From the IMG/VR virus record IMGVR_UViG_3300007511_000013: DNA of 20,000 bases; one strand, given 5' to 3'. The notes under the pieces are model-generated. The model did not search any database and was not told the DNA's origin. It was given only the letters and a program-made list of their open reading frames with translations. This DNA is from an uncultured virus (IMG/VR IMGVR_UViG_3300007511_000013). Lineage: Duplodnaviria; Heunggongvirae; Uroviricota; Caudoviricetes. Made by a program: the position numbers and the translations under genes. Shown piece by piece: positions 8,536 to 16,482 of the stretch. Positions within the stretch are counted from its first letter, which is position 1; each line of letters begins with the position of its first letter.

Positions 8536-8997
8536 TTACGCGCCTTCGATATCAACCCAGAGGCGAGCGTAACCGTCCGCATCCTTTGCTGATTCAAAAT
8601 GTCCCACTACAAGTCCAGATCCAACCACGTTGGTCACTTTGCCCGAATCGGCTTGAGTCGAACCGACATCCAAATAAGCCTTCTCTCCCGCCGCAACCGT
8701 GGCTGCAGAAATTTGATTTGTCTTCACGCGACCCTTGGTCAACAAACCAACTTCACTTCCCCGCGGAACAACGTTGCGCACGAAAACTTGCGGACGAGTT
8801 GTAAAATCTAAATTCTCAACATCGTCTAGAAGCAGCCCAACTGGTTTATAAGCCGGTGCTCCAACTATGGGCAGAGTCATTAGATCGCCCGTCGTTCCAT
8901 TCGCCACCAGTACTAAGCCTCGCTCCATGTCTTTACCAGCAGTTGCTGTAAAGTAGATATTGGTCGCCAGGACTTCTCTTTCACCTTTAAGCGCCAT
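8536..8997 (-). CDS. Head decoration/cement protein
   Basis: 153 aa, Gly/Val-rich beta protein (PVGLLLDDV, GSEVGLLTKGRVKT, VVGHFESAKDADGYARLWVD) between scaffold and capsid genes; SD AGGAGGAG. Confidence 0.65.
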   Translation of the reverse strand: MALKGEREVLATNIYFTATAGKDMERGLVLVANGTTGDLMTLPIVGAPAYKPVGLLLDDVENLDFTTRPQVFVRNVVPRGSEVGLLTKGRVKTNQISAATVAAGEKAYLDVGSTQADSGKVTNVVGSGLVVGHFESAKDADGYARLWVDIEGA

Positions 8998-9000
8998 TTC

Positions 9001-10371
9001 TTACTCCTCCTTCGCCCAAATGCTCTCGACGGCAAGAGCCACTTCTTGCAACACCCCGCCGTCCTCGCTGTTAAAAACAACATTTTCGGGGTTACTAGCC
9101 GCATCCTCAAGAGCAGCATGTGCAAGCTCAGTTTCGTCTGCAACCTTCTCTTCAACAGAGGCCTCGGCCTTTGTTTCAATCACGGGCACCTCCACGACCT
9201 TCTTGCGCCACATTCGCTCCGCACGAGTAAGATAACTTTCAAAGTCTTCATCACTCATTTCACGAATTTCTGCGAGAACAAAACCTAGATCCTCATCGCT
9301 GAGTTCAAAGTCCTGCATCTTCTGAGATCGTATCGCAAGCCTCGCTGTAACATTTTGCTCTTCTAGTTCAGCATTGCGAGCAACCAATTTTTCTTGCTCT
9401 TTCTCAGCTTCTTCTAGTTTTGCAGTAATGCCGGTAATCTCATCAGTGAGAGTGCCCAGCGATGCTTCCTTGGCAGCCAGGGATTCATGAATTTCTTCTA
9501 CCTTAGCCACAAGAGCTTCATTCTCACTCTTAAGCTCAGAAATTGTCTTTTGAGTTTCGCCTTGCTTCAACTCGTCAATCTCTTTATTGGCCTCTGCCAA
9601 CTGAGCCTCAAGCTCCTTAATTTTATCTTCCATTCGGTTCTCCTCATTTTCCGAATTCGCGACAGCAATTTCGTCACTTACTAATACACCAATTTCCCCT
9701 ACATTTGCCCCTTCTATTTCTGCCTCCTCCGCTAAACCCCGAGTTTCCGGCTCTGAATTGGGACCGAGTAAAATGACAGAACGGGGATTTGCGGGGTTAT
9801 CAACAATTCCCATACCACCAAAAACCATGTTCTTTAATATACGCCCCACGCGCCTACCTTCAAATTCCCCACTTCCCCCTTTAGATCGCAATGTTTCATC
9901 TAAGAAACTCGTCTCCTCATTTCGCGCCACGACCATGGTGTCTACAAGATAATCGTAGTCGGAGAAAAATACCTCCATAGAAACATATTTATTTCCTGCC
10001 TTAGCATCTTCCATTATTTCATCGAGCTTTTCCCTAAGCTGCATCCGATAAAGATAACTTTTTGTAACTATATCGAAAGAGCGGGGAATCTCGGTCTCTT
10101 CGTCGTCGTCCGCAATGGCGTGAGTCTGACCCTCTTCTTGGTCAATTATATAGGCATCAAAAATATGACCCACTATTTCTTCATTATCATGAGAGATGTT
10201 GACAGGCTTGTGAATTACCGTGCCCCTTGCCGCCCAGGTCTCCTCCGGAAGAAAAACATCGTCGTTGCGATTCATGCCAGTGGAAACGAAGATTGCAGGC
10301 AAGACCTCTAGGTCAATGTTGTTGGCCCAAACCTTTTTTTCATCTTTCTTTTTTTTCTTCTTCTTGGCCAT
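9001..10371 (-). CDS. Prohead maturation protease fused to a coiled-coil scaffold
   Basis: Start moved to the ATG at 10371 (SD GGGAG, just after the portal stop), 456 aa. NRNDDVF, KPVNISH..IVGHI, VSME, GIVDNPA fit phage prohead serine proteases; acidic heptad-rich C-terminal half. Confidence 0.8.
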   Translation of the reverse strand: MAKKKKKKKDEKKVWANNIDLEVLPAIFVSTGMNRNDDVFLPEETWAARGTVIHKPVNISHDNEEIVGHIFDAYIIDQEEGQTHAIADDDEETEIPRSFDIVTKSYLYRMQLREKLDEIMEDAKAGNKYVSMEVFFSDYDYLVDTMVVARNEETSFLDETLRSKGGSGEFEGRRVGRILKNMVFGGMGIVDNPANPRSVILLGPNSEPETRGLAEEAEIEGANVGEIGVLVSDEIAVANSENEENRMEDKIKELEAQLAEANKEIDELKQGETQKTISELKSENEALVAKVEEIHESLAAKEASLGTLTDEITGITAKLEEAEKEQEKLVARNAELEEQNVTARLAIRSQKMQDFELSDEDLGFVLAEIREMSDEDFESYLTRAERMWRKKVVEVPVIETKAEASVEEKVADETELAHAALEDAASNPENVVFNSEDGGVLQEVALAVESIWAKEE

Positions 10372-10372
10372 A

Positions 10373-12268
10373 TCAATCTCCCATTTTGCAAATGACACTG
10401 TAAAGATCATTCATCGACATTGTACCGCTTATAGCGCCGCAAGTCTTTGTCATCATAGGCGCATTCCCCACTTTCATGGAGCCCTGAACCCTTCCCACCG
10501 CTTCCTTGATTTTCTCATCACTCAAATTGTCTGTATAGATTAACCCCTCAAAAGCCATGGCCGTTAAGGTATTTATTTGCTTCATTCCTTTTTCATCGAT
10601 GGAACTTCCATTCTTTTCACTCCAGCTATTCTTAATCCATCTATTAATTCGATTTAAAAATTTCCATTTCGACAATTCTTGTCCCAACTGAATCCCTTTT
10701 GGCTCAGTTTTTCTCTCCGTCTCTTGTTTAATATCCTCGGTATTGGAAGGTCTCCCAACGGGACCAGTGGCGGGCTCGACCCCTCTCGGTGCAAAGGGGC
10801 CAAGAAAGTCTAAGTTTTTGTCAGAGTCTTCTTTTGCTAACCGCATTTTTTCGATGCCGGTGTCAAGACCAAGGGTCTCGTGCATGGTTTGGGCACTGAT
10901 AATTTTGCGATCTAATAGGCCCATGAGGAGTTTTTTCTCTGCCTGCTCGTCACGGAGGCTCATAGAAGAAAAGCGAGCCTTTGGTTTATTGCGGAAATTT
11001 ACAGCCCTCTGTATTTGCACCAGCTCTGGAATAACAAAGGCATTCATGACGTAGTTGCGAACAGTCTCAAGTTTCTCCTGAAGGGTGCGAACACTTAAGA
11101 AAGCACTGCTATAATTGCCCGCACGACCAGATACAAGAACTTCACTGACACCAAAATTAGTAAGGATGTCCCTATCAACAACATCATACTTTTCACTGCC
11201 CAGAATTTTATCAATAGGGGGGTAAGAATCCATAACATCAATGAGGTCATTCCAAACAATATTTTTTGCCTCTGCTGGATTTTTCAACAGTGTGGCAAAC
11301 TTGCTAAACATAGCCTGAGTGGCTCCAAAATTCTCCTTGGTATTGCCCAATTTGAAAATAACAATGGCTTTAATTACATCGGCAGCAGAACTCTCGTCCA
11401 TTTGACGTAACATTTTCTTAAAATTAATATCATCAATACAAGAAAATATAAGTGGATAGGCCCAAGACTGCCATGCGAGCTTCTTATAAAACAGGGGTGT
11501 CACCTTGTCTGGCTCAAGAAATACGGTACCGCTCTTTAGGGCGGCTGCTCTAACCTGAGGCGACATTGACTTTAGAACATCCCGCTGATTTTTATTAGAC
11601 GGATTCTTAATTTTTTTAATATCCGCTTCCGAGAGCTTGAAACTAATATTGCGTTCATCAAAAAGCTCAGATTGTTCAATTTCAATTCTAGTTGGATTTA
11701 AAATAGTATAACTGATGGGCAATATACGATTTTTTACATTTGGGAATTCCAAGGACCCTCTCGACATTTCTTGTTGAACGGCCTTGGAAACCTTGCCAGT
11801 TCTCTTCATTACAAAACAATTGCCTGTAAGAAGAATAGAATGAAAGATTTGCGGAATTAATTCATAGAAGCCCGAGCGCCTCGCCCACTCATCGTAGAAG
11901 CGTTGCTGAGAATCAATCTTGTGCTCAATTCGCAAGCCCTCGCTGGCAAAATCAACCATAAGATCAATAATATTGCGCACAACGGGTGTCGTATAATAAA
12001 TATCTACGCACTCTTTGATGATATTGTGATATTTTGAATTCTGATTGAAAGATCTACTCTTAATCAGACTAAGAGACGATGTATGCGTAGCTACGGCCTT
12101 GGACCCCTTCATAAAAGAAGACATGGCGTGAGTTGCCTGTATAGCCTCCTCTAAGGCGTCCAAGCTTTCCAGGTCATCAAGGGCTAGTTGAGATCTCTTC
12201 TTGGGAGGCAAATCAACTATTCCCTTGGACGAACCATTATTTTTTTTACTTCCATTGTTCTTTGGCAT
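10373..12268 (-). CDS. Portal protein
   Basis: 631 aa between terminase and protease; PVVRNIIDLMVDFASEG, LLTGNCF, GNYSSAFLSV, LLDRKIISAQT fit portal architecture; SD GGAG. Confidence 0.8.
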   Translation of the reverse strand: MPKNNGSKKNNGSSKGIVDLPPKKRSQLALDDLESLDALEEAIQATHAMSSFMKGSKAVATHTSSLSLIKSRSFNQNSKYHNIIKECVDIYYTTPVVRNIIDLMVDFASEGLRIEHKIDSQQRFYDEWARRSGFYELIPQIFHSILLTGNCFVMKRTGKVSKAVQQEMSRGSLEFPNVKNRILPISYTILNPTRIEIEQSELFDERNISFKLSEADIKKIKNPSNKNQRDVLKSMSPQVRAAALKSGTVFLEPDKVTPLFYKKLAWQSWAYPLIFSCIDDINFKKMLRQMDESSAADVIKAIVIFKLGNTKENFGATQAMFSKFATLLKNPAEAKNIVWNDLIDVMDSYPPIDKILGSEKYDVVDRDILTNFGVSEVLVSGRAGNYSSAFLSVRTLQEKLETVRNYVMNAFVIPELVQIQRAVNFRNKPKARFSSMSLRDEQAEKKLLMGLLDRKIISAQTMHETLGLDTGIEKMRLAKEDSDKNLDFLGPFAPRGVEPATGPVGRPSNTEDIKQETERKTEPKGIQLGQELSKWKFLNRINRWIKNSWSEKNGSSIDEKGMKQINTLTAMAFEGLIYTDNLSDEKIKEAVGRVQGSMKVGNAPMMTKTCGAISGTMSMNDLYSVICKMGD

Positions 12269-12284
12269 ATCTTTCTCCGTTTAT

Positions 12285-12294
12285 AATACCCCTA
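12285..12294 (-). promoter_or_regulatory. Putative phage promoter element TAGGGGTATT upstream of portal
   Basis: Exact match to 5288-5297; overlaps the terminase stop codon and lies 16 nt upstream of the portal ATG. Confidence 0.45.
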
Positions 12295-14136
12295 TCTTAT
12301 ATACTCCGTAACTGAGCCACCAATTGATTCATTATCCCAAGAAGGTGTTTTTGCCTCCCCAATCTTCAGCTGACGCGCCTCATAGGCCGCTATTAGAAGA
12401 GCAGAATAAAGATCTTTTTTTCTTTTCCATTTAAGCTCCGGAGGGAGGTCGAAGTGCTCGATCTCACTTTTGGCCGTCGCCGTAATCTCTATTTGAACTA
12501 GCTGATTCTTACATTCATGTACGAGATCCATTATGTCGGACGCTTTTTTCATATCCTCCGGTGCATATTTTGTTTCATCTACATGATATGGAAACAAAAC
12601 TCTCTTGTGTTCAATATCGGCGCACAATGCGTAATTGGCATCAATCAGCCACTTGCCCATATAGTTAACCATATTGAGGATCTTAAAACCGCCCGCATTC
12701 GTCTTATCATCAATCTCCCAATAGGGGACATCACCCGCAGGTACCATTTCCGGAGTTTGTAAAAAATCCATAATGGCTGCCCCACCTCCACCCTTGTCTA
12801 TGCCTATTCGTTTTATACAAAATTTCTTAACCAATTCTCTCATGGTATTGGCAATTACTCCAAAGTTCTTTTGATTCCATTTCTTCATATAGACGATGCG
12901 ATGAGAATTTTTTAATACCTTAAGAATTACAATGGCAAAATCATCAGACCATCGTGCCGGATCTACGCCCATAACGTAGTCAAACTTGTGATTTCCCGCC
13001 AATTCAACATGAAAATAGTTAGGATCAGTTGTCCGGGGCGTTGCAAGATCAATGGCAGATGCTTTAAAGAAACCCTTGCTATCTACAATAAATTTGGCAT
13101 TATATTCCATATCGAATTGGTCCTGAGTCATGCTTATCTTTGACTCATTAATCATTGTTTCATCCATATAGCCCCGAGGAATGGCCTTGTATGGTATGTC
13201 GATGATGGCTATTTTTCTATAATCCAAGGAGGCATTGTCAAGAAGGTCATCTCCTAGAATTTTTTGAACATCCTTGTCGTTGCTATTGCCAATTATCTTA
13301 TGCTGGACAATCTTCTTATATCTGTCGTAAATTTGATAGAAATGATTAAACTCATAGGTTGCGGTACCACTGCGAATAATTTGATTATCAAAACTCTTAT
13401 CGTCTGACATAAAATCTTGCTTTAGTCCCTGCTGCAGCATCTTTTCACGTCTATATTTTCTTCTCACGGCATCAACGGGGTTGGCCGACACAGCCGCGAA
13501 GCCACGCACAACCACGTTAAAAACCTCTTCGGGTACGCTACCAAATTCGTCGCAAAGGATGCTTGTTGCCCGAATACCACGAATCTTTTGCCCATCACCG
13601 AGGGGTAATGCCGTTATGGTAGAGTTGCCAAATTGAAATTCCCACTTGTCATTATTCTTTTTTAAGCCCCCAAGAAAAGCCGAGCATTCTTGTAACAGCG
13701 GACTTCTCTTATAGAGTGTTTCAATATTGCGCATAACCTCCTTTGACTGACGAAAGGAAGCGGCCGTAATTACAATTTTAGAGCCCCTTGCCGCACTCTG
13801 GTCCAAAATAGCCCGCAAAATTGAATAGATGGCCAACATGGTAGTTTTTCCTCCACCACGAGTCATCAAAAGAATAGGGAAGGTTTTATTCCAAAGGGTT
13901 TCTAGAATAACCGTTTGAAAGGGCAGGAGTTCGAAGTCCCCATTCCCAATGATGGTCCGCGCCGCGAAACCAAGATTCGTGCGGCAGAGTTGAACAAATT
14001 CCTGGTAGGGATCTTCCAGCCTTAGATGTTCAGGAGTATCAACAAAATAATTAAACATCTCCTTGGGACTTATAATGTCAAGGATCTGTTCCGATACAGC
14101 GATATCCTGAAGTGTTTTTCTTTTAATTATTTCCAT
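12292..14136 (-). CDS. terL: Terminase large subunit
   Basis: 614 aa; LLPFQ adenine-binding motif, Walker A TRGGGKT, KIRG, Walker B ILCDE, SGT coupling motif, RNase H-like nuclease acidic residues (GVDPAR, GIDKGGGG, KKDLYSA). Confidence 0.93.
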   Translation of the reverse strand: MEIIKRKTLQDIAVSEQILDIISPKEMFNYFVDTPEHLRLEDPYQEFVQLCRTNLGFAARTIIGNGDFELLPFQTVILETLWNKTFPILLMTRGGGKTTMLAIYSILRAILDQSAARGSKIVITAASFRQSKEVMRNIETLYKRSPLLQECSAFLGGLKKNNDKWEFQFGNSTITALPLGDGQKIRGIRATSILCDEFGSVPEEVFNVVVRGFAAVSANPVDAVRRKYRREKMLQQGLKQDFMSDDKSFDNQIIRSGTATYEFNHFYQIYDRYKKIVQHKIIGNSNDKDVQKILGDDLLDNASLDYRKIAIIDIPYKAIPRGYMDETMINESKISMTQDQFDMEYNAKFIVDSKGFFKASAIDLATPRTTDPNYFHVELAGNHKFDYVMGVDPARWSDDFAIVILKVLKNSHRIVYMKKWNQKNFGVIANTMRELVKKFCIKRIGIDKGGGGAAIMDFLQTPEMVPAGDVPYWEIDDKTNAGGFKILNMVNYMGKWLIDANYALCADIEHKRVLFPYHVDETKYAPEDMKKASDIMDLVHECKNQLVQIEITATAKSEIEHFDLPPELKWKRKKDLYSALLIAAYEARQLKIGEAKTPSWDNESIGGSVTEYIR

Positions 14137-14138
14137 GT

Positions 14139-14624
14139 TTATTTCAGATATTTAATTGCCTTCAAGAGTAGCTTTTGAGATAACTTTTTAGCACACTCGT
14201 TGTTAGAGGCAAATATTATTGGTATTTTATATTTACAATTAATGGATGCAATGGCCCCGATGATTTTATCGATGGAGAAATATTTTCGCTTTTTCTTAGG
14301 TATATAACGGATGGCCTTCTTCAAGTCCTTCATGTCAAACTCACATATGATCCAGGCACCCTTATAGGTGGACAGAACTTCCAATTCTCTATGAAATCGC
14401 TCCTTATCTTCTGTAATTAAATTGCCTATAAGTTCTGAGGCGCTCCCCTTTCTCTCAACTACAAAATCTTTCTCGTAGCCCTTGATTGAGTAATCTCCGT
14501 ATTTGAGCATGGTTGTTTCCATCCTGCCCCAATTCTTACTCTTAATCCAACGAAAGCCATGGCCCTTATGCTCACGAGTATCTCTAATGAAGACTGGTAA
14601 TTTCTTTTCTTTTGCCACTTTCAA
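14139..14624 (-). CDS. ERCC4-domain (XPF/Mus81-like) nuclease
   Basis: 161 aa; IRDTRE..LKYGDYSI..VVERKG..EL..RF.RE matches the ERCC4 DxRE / GD / ERKxxxD(E) signature; TTG (14624) or GTG (14618) start coupled to the upstream TGA. Confidence 0.85.
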   Translation of the reverse strand: MKVAKEKKLPVFIRDTREHKGHGFRWIKSKNWGRMETTMLKYGDYSIKGYEKDFVVERKGSASELIGNLITEDKERFHRELEVLSTYKGAWIICEFDMKDLKKAIRYIPKKKRKYFSIDKIIGAIASINCKYKIPIIFASNNECAKKLSQKLLLKAIKYLK

Positions 14625-15460
14625 TCCATCAGGTGTCCATTTTTACGCATTATATCTCCCGCATAATTTTTAGCAGCCTCAATCATTGCGGCCTCCTCTC
14701 CCGCAATACGACGCGCCTCTTCGTCTTGCAGGGCTTGTACAACGGTAACAAGACTTACTCTATTTTCCTCTTTGTTTTTCAATCGCTGATCTCTCGTAGC
14801 GTGCAAGCTGCTCATCAATCTATCGTAAAGCTCAACACTTTCTTTATAGCGACGATCTAAGATTTCTAATCGGCCTGTCAAAGTGGCAGCCCTGTCTCCA
14901 TTTGATATAGCATCGCGCACCTGAACCTGGGAGCGAAGAAATCTCTGCTGTCTAATCATTTCCAATACGGCAAGATGTAAGGTGTCTTCCTCATGCTTGA
15001 GAATGGTCTCAAATTGGAACATATAATCAAGAAAGCTCTCAATATAGGCCTTGAGTTCATCTGGAGCCAGCGTCGTTGTGAGTTGCCGATATCTTTCTGT
15101 ATTTTCAAACTTCTTCTTAAAGAGAATTTTCTTCTCTTCTTTTGAAAGCGTGGCATACATGTCGCGATCAATTTGTTTGTCGGACTTCTTTCGCTGGGCA
15201 TCAGCCTTTGATTCATTGCTGGGGCGGCCCTGATTCTTGCCTAAACTCATAGCTTGCCGCTTCCGCGTAATAGCGGCGGGCTCTCTATGTAGAAAATCAC
15301 CAATTTCCCTGTCGGACATCGTCATATAATGTCCCCTTATGTAAGACTCCTCGTGGGGCGCAAAACGACCCTTTTTGATCTTGGGAGGAGGCTTCATGTT
15401 GGCAAGGGAAAAGTTCTTTTCGGCTTCAATTTTTCGTTTAGGACGACCTCTTTTGGCCAT
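14621..15460 (-). CDS. DNA-binding protein (AT-hook + Myb/HTH-like + helical region); candidate small terminase
   Basis: Start at ATG 15460 (or 15463) behind SD AGGAG. KRGRPK AT-hook; KKGRFAPHEESYIRGHY..SDREIGDFLHREPAAITRKR resembles a Myb/SANT repeat; coiled-coil C-terminus; located just upstream of terL. Confidence 0.55.
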   Translation of the reverse strand: MAKRGRPKRKIEAEKNFSLANMKPPPKIKKGRFAPHEESYIRGHYMTMSDREIGDFLHREPAAITRKRQAMSLGKNQGRPSNESKADAQRKKSDKQIDRDMYATLSKEEKKILFKKKFENTERYRQLTTTLAPDELKAYIESFLDYMFQFETILKHEEDTLHLAVLEMIRQQRFLRSQVQVRDAISNGDRAATLTGRLEILDRRYKESVELYDRLMSSLHATRDQRLKNKEENRVSLVTVVQALQDEEARRIAGEEAAMIEAAKNYAGDIMRKNGHLMD

Positions 15461-16052
15461 CATTATTCTCCTGTAAAATTTCTTCAACAACTTCTTGAAT
15501 TTGAATCTTAATAGACTTAGGTATGGCGCCCCCGGTAATTAAAATATCGTAATATTGAATAACCTTGGGGTGCCGATCAAACAAGATCTGCCTAATAGAA
15601 ACGTCGAGATTCACATGGCCCGCATGGTCATGCGTGCAAGGCATGCCCTCCGCCGTATTAGCAAAGACTCGATCAACGCTGGCAGGCATCTTGACGGCCC
15701 GCTTCCTTTTATATCTCTTGAGATACTTTTGTATTCTTATATCTTTAAGCGCTTTTTCCGTGGGCTTACCGCTTTGATCAAAATATTCAGGGTCCTTCTT
15801 GTTGGGGGGATTAAAGGTGACAAAATTATCTCTCATGAGATTGCGGAGATGATTTTCTGTACAGACATTTAAGAATGTTCGTATAGATTGGCCACGCTCC
15901 GGATCATAAACGTGAATACTTTTCCAGCACTTAATGCGGACCTCTTGGGCGATGTCATCTGCATCAATAAAGCGCCGAGCATATTTCTTACGTTTAATCC
16001 GTGCGAGATCCTCTACAACACTCTCAATATCTTCATATGTGAGATTATTCAA
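15438..16052 (-). CDS. Phage-encoded sigma-70-family factor (region 2-like)
   Basis: 204 aa; TTG start with SD GAGGT; DADDIAQEVRIKCWKSIHVYDPERGQSIRTFLNVCTENHLRNLMR matches sigma region 2 (DLxQE..xDPxRG..F.T...IxN.xxD..R). Confidence 0.75.
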   Translation of the reverse strand: MNNLTYEDIESVVEDLARIKRKKYARRFIDADDIAQEVRIKCWKSIHVYDPERGQSIRTFLNVCTENHLRNLMRDNFVTFNPPNKKDPEYFDQSGKPTEKALKDIRIQKYLKRYKRKRAVKMPASVDRVFANTAEGMPCTHDHAGHVNLDVSIRQILFDRHPKVIQYYDILITGGAIPKSIKIQIQEVVEEILQENNDGQKRSS

Positions 16053-16075
16053 GCAGATACCTCAGTTAAAAATTA

Positions 16076-16408
16076 TTATTCTGATTCTTTATCCGTCTTC
16101 GACCAGGTGGACTCATCAAGGCTGCCCTTGGCATTCTTTTTAATGGCCTCGATGCGCGCCTCATTGGAGATAGCAGTAGCAGATTCATAGTGAATCATAT
16201 CGGGAGCTTCCTTGGCAACCAGGTCACCCTTAACAAGGCCGTTGCGCTTGAAAAATTCAATTTGACGAAGCCTCTTTGTAGCTGCTTCCTTGGTCTTGTA
16301 ACATCCTAGGTTTTTTCCCGCCTTGGAGAAGATGCAGTATTCATCATCTACCTTGCGGATAACTCCTACGGAAATTTCCATGGGATCATTTTCAGCTGGG
16401 GAAGTCAT
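16076..16408 (-). CDS. Hypothetical protein with a small basic two-Cys domain
   Basis: 110 aa; SD GAGGAG; core IRKVDDEYCIFSKAGKNLGCYKTKEAATKRLRQIEFFK. Confidence 0.7.
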   Translation of the reverse strand: MTSPAENDPMEISVGVIRKVDDEYCIFSKAGKNLGCYKTKEAATKRLRQIEFFKRNGLVKGDLVAKEAPDMIHYESATAISNEARIEAIKKNAKGSLDESTWSKTDKESE

Positions 16409-16482
16409 TAGGGCTCCTCTCTATTTACCGTGAAGATGGTACACCTCTCCACAATAGAATACACGAAAAAATTTTTATCTTA

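Noticed and set aside
8526..8597. N-terminal extension of the capsid ORF or a decoration-capsid frameshift fusion
   Set aside because: A strong SD (AAGGAGGT) sits directly before the ATGs at 8528/8525, and no slippery site was seen.
8061..8804. 247-aa + strand ORF and the other + strand ORFs in the track
   Set aside because: They lie antisense to well-supported genes and have no recognisable motifs; treated as shadow ORFs.
10372..10410. Longer starts given in the track for the protease (10410) and Myb-like gene (15490)
   Set aside because: They overlap upstream genes, and better SD-ATG pairs exist at 10371 and 15460.
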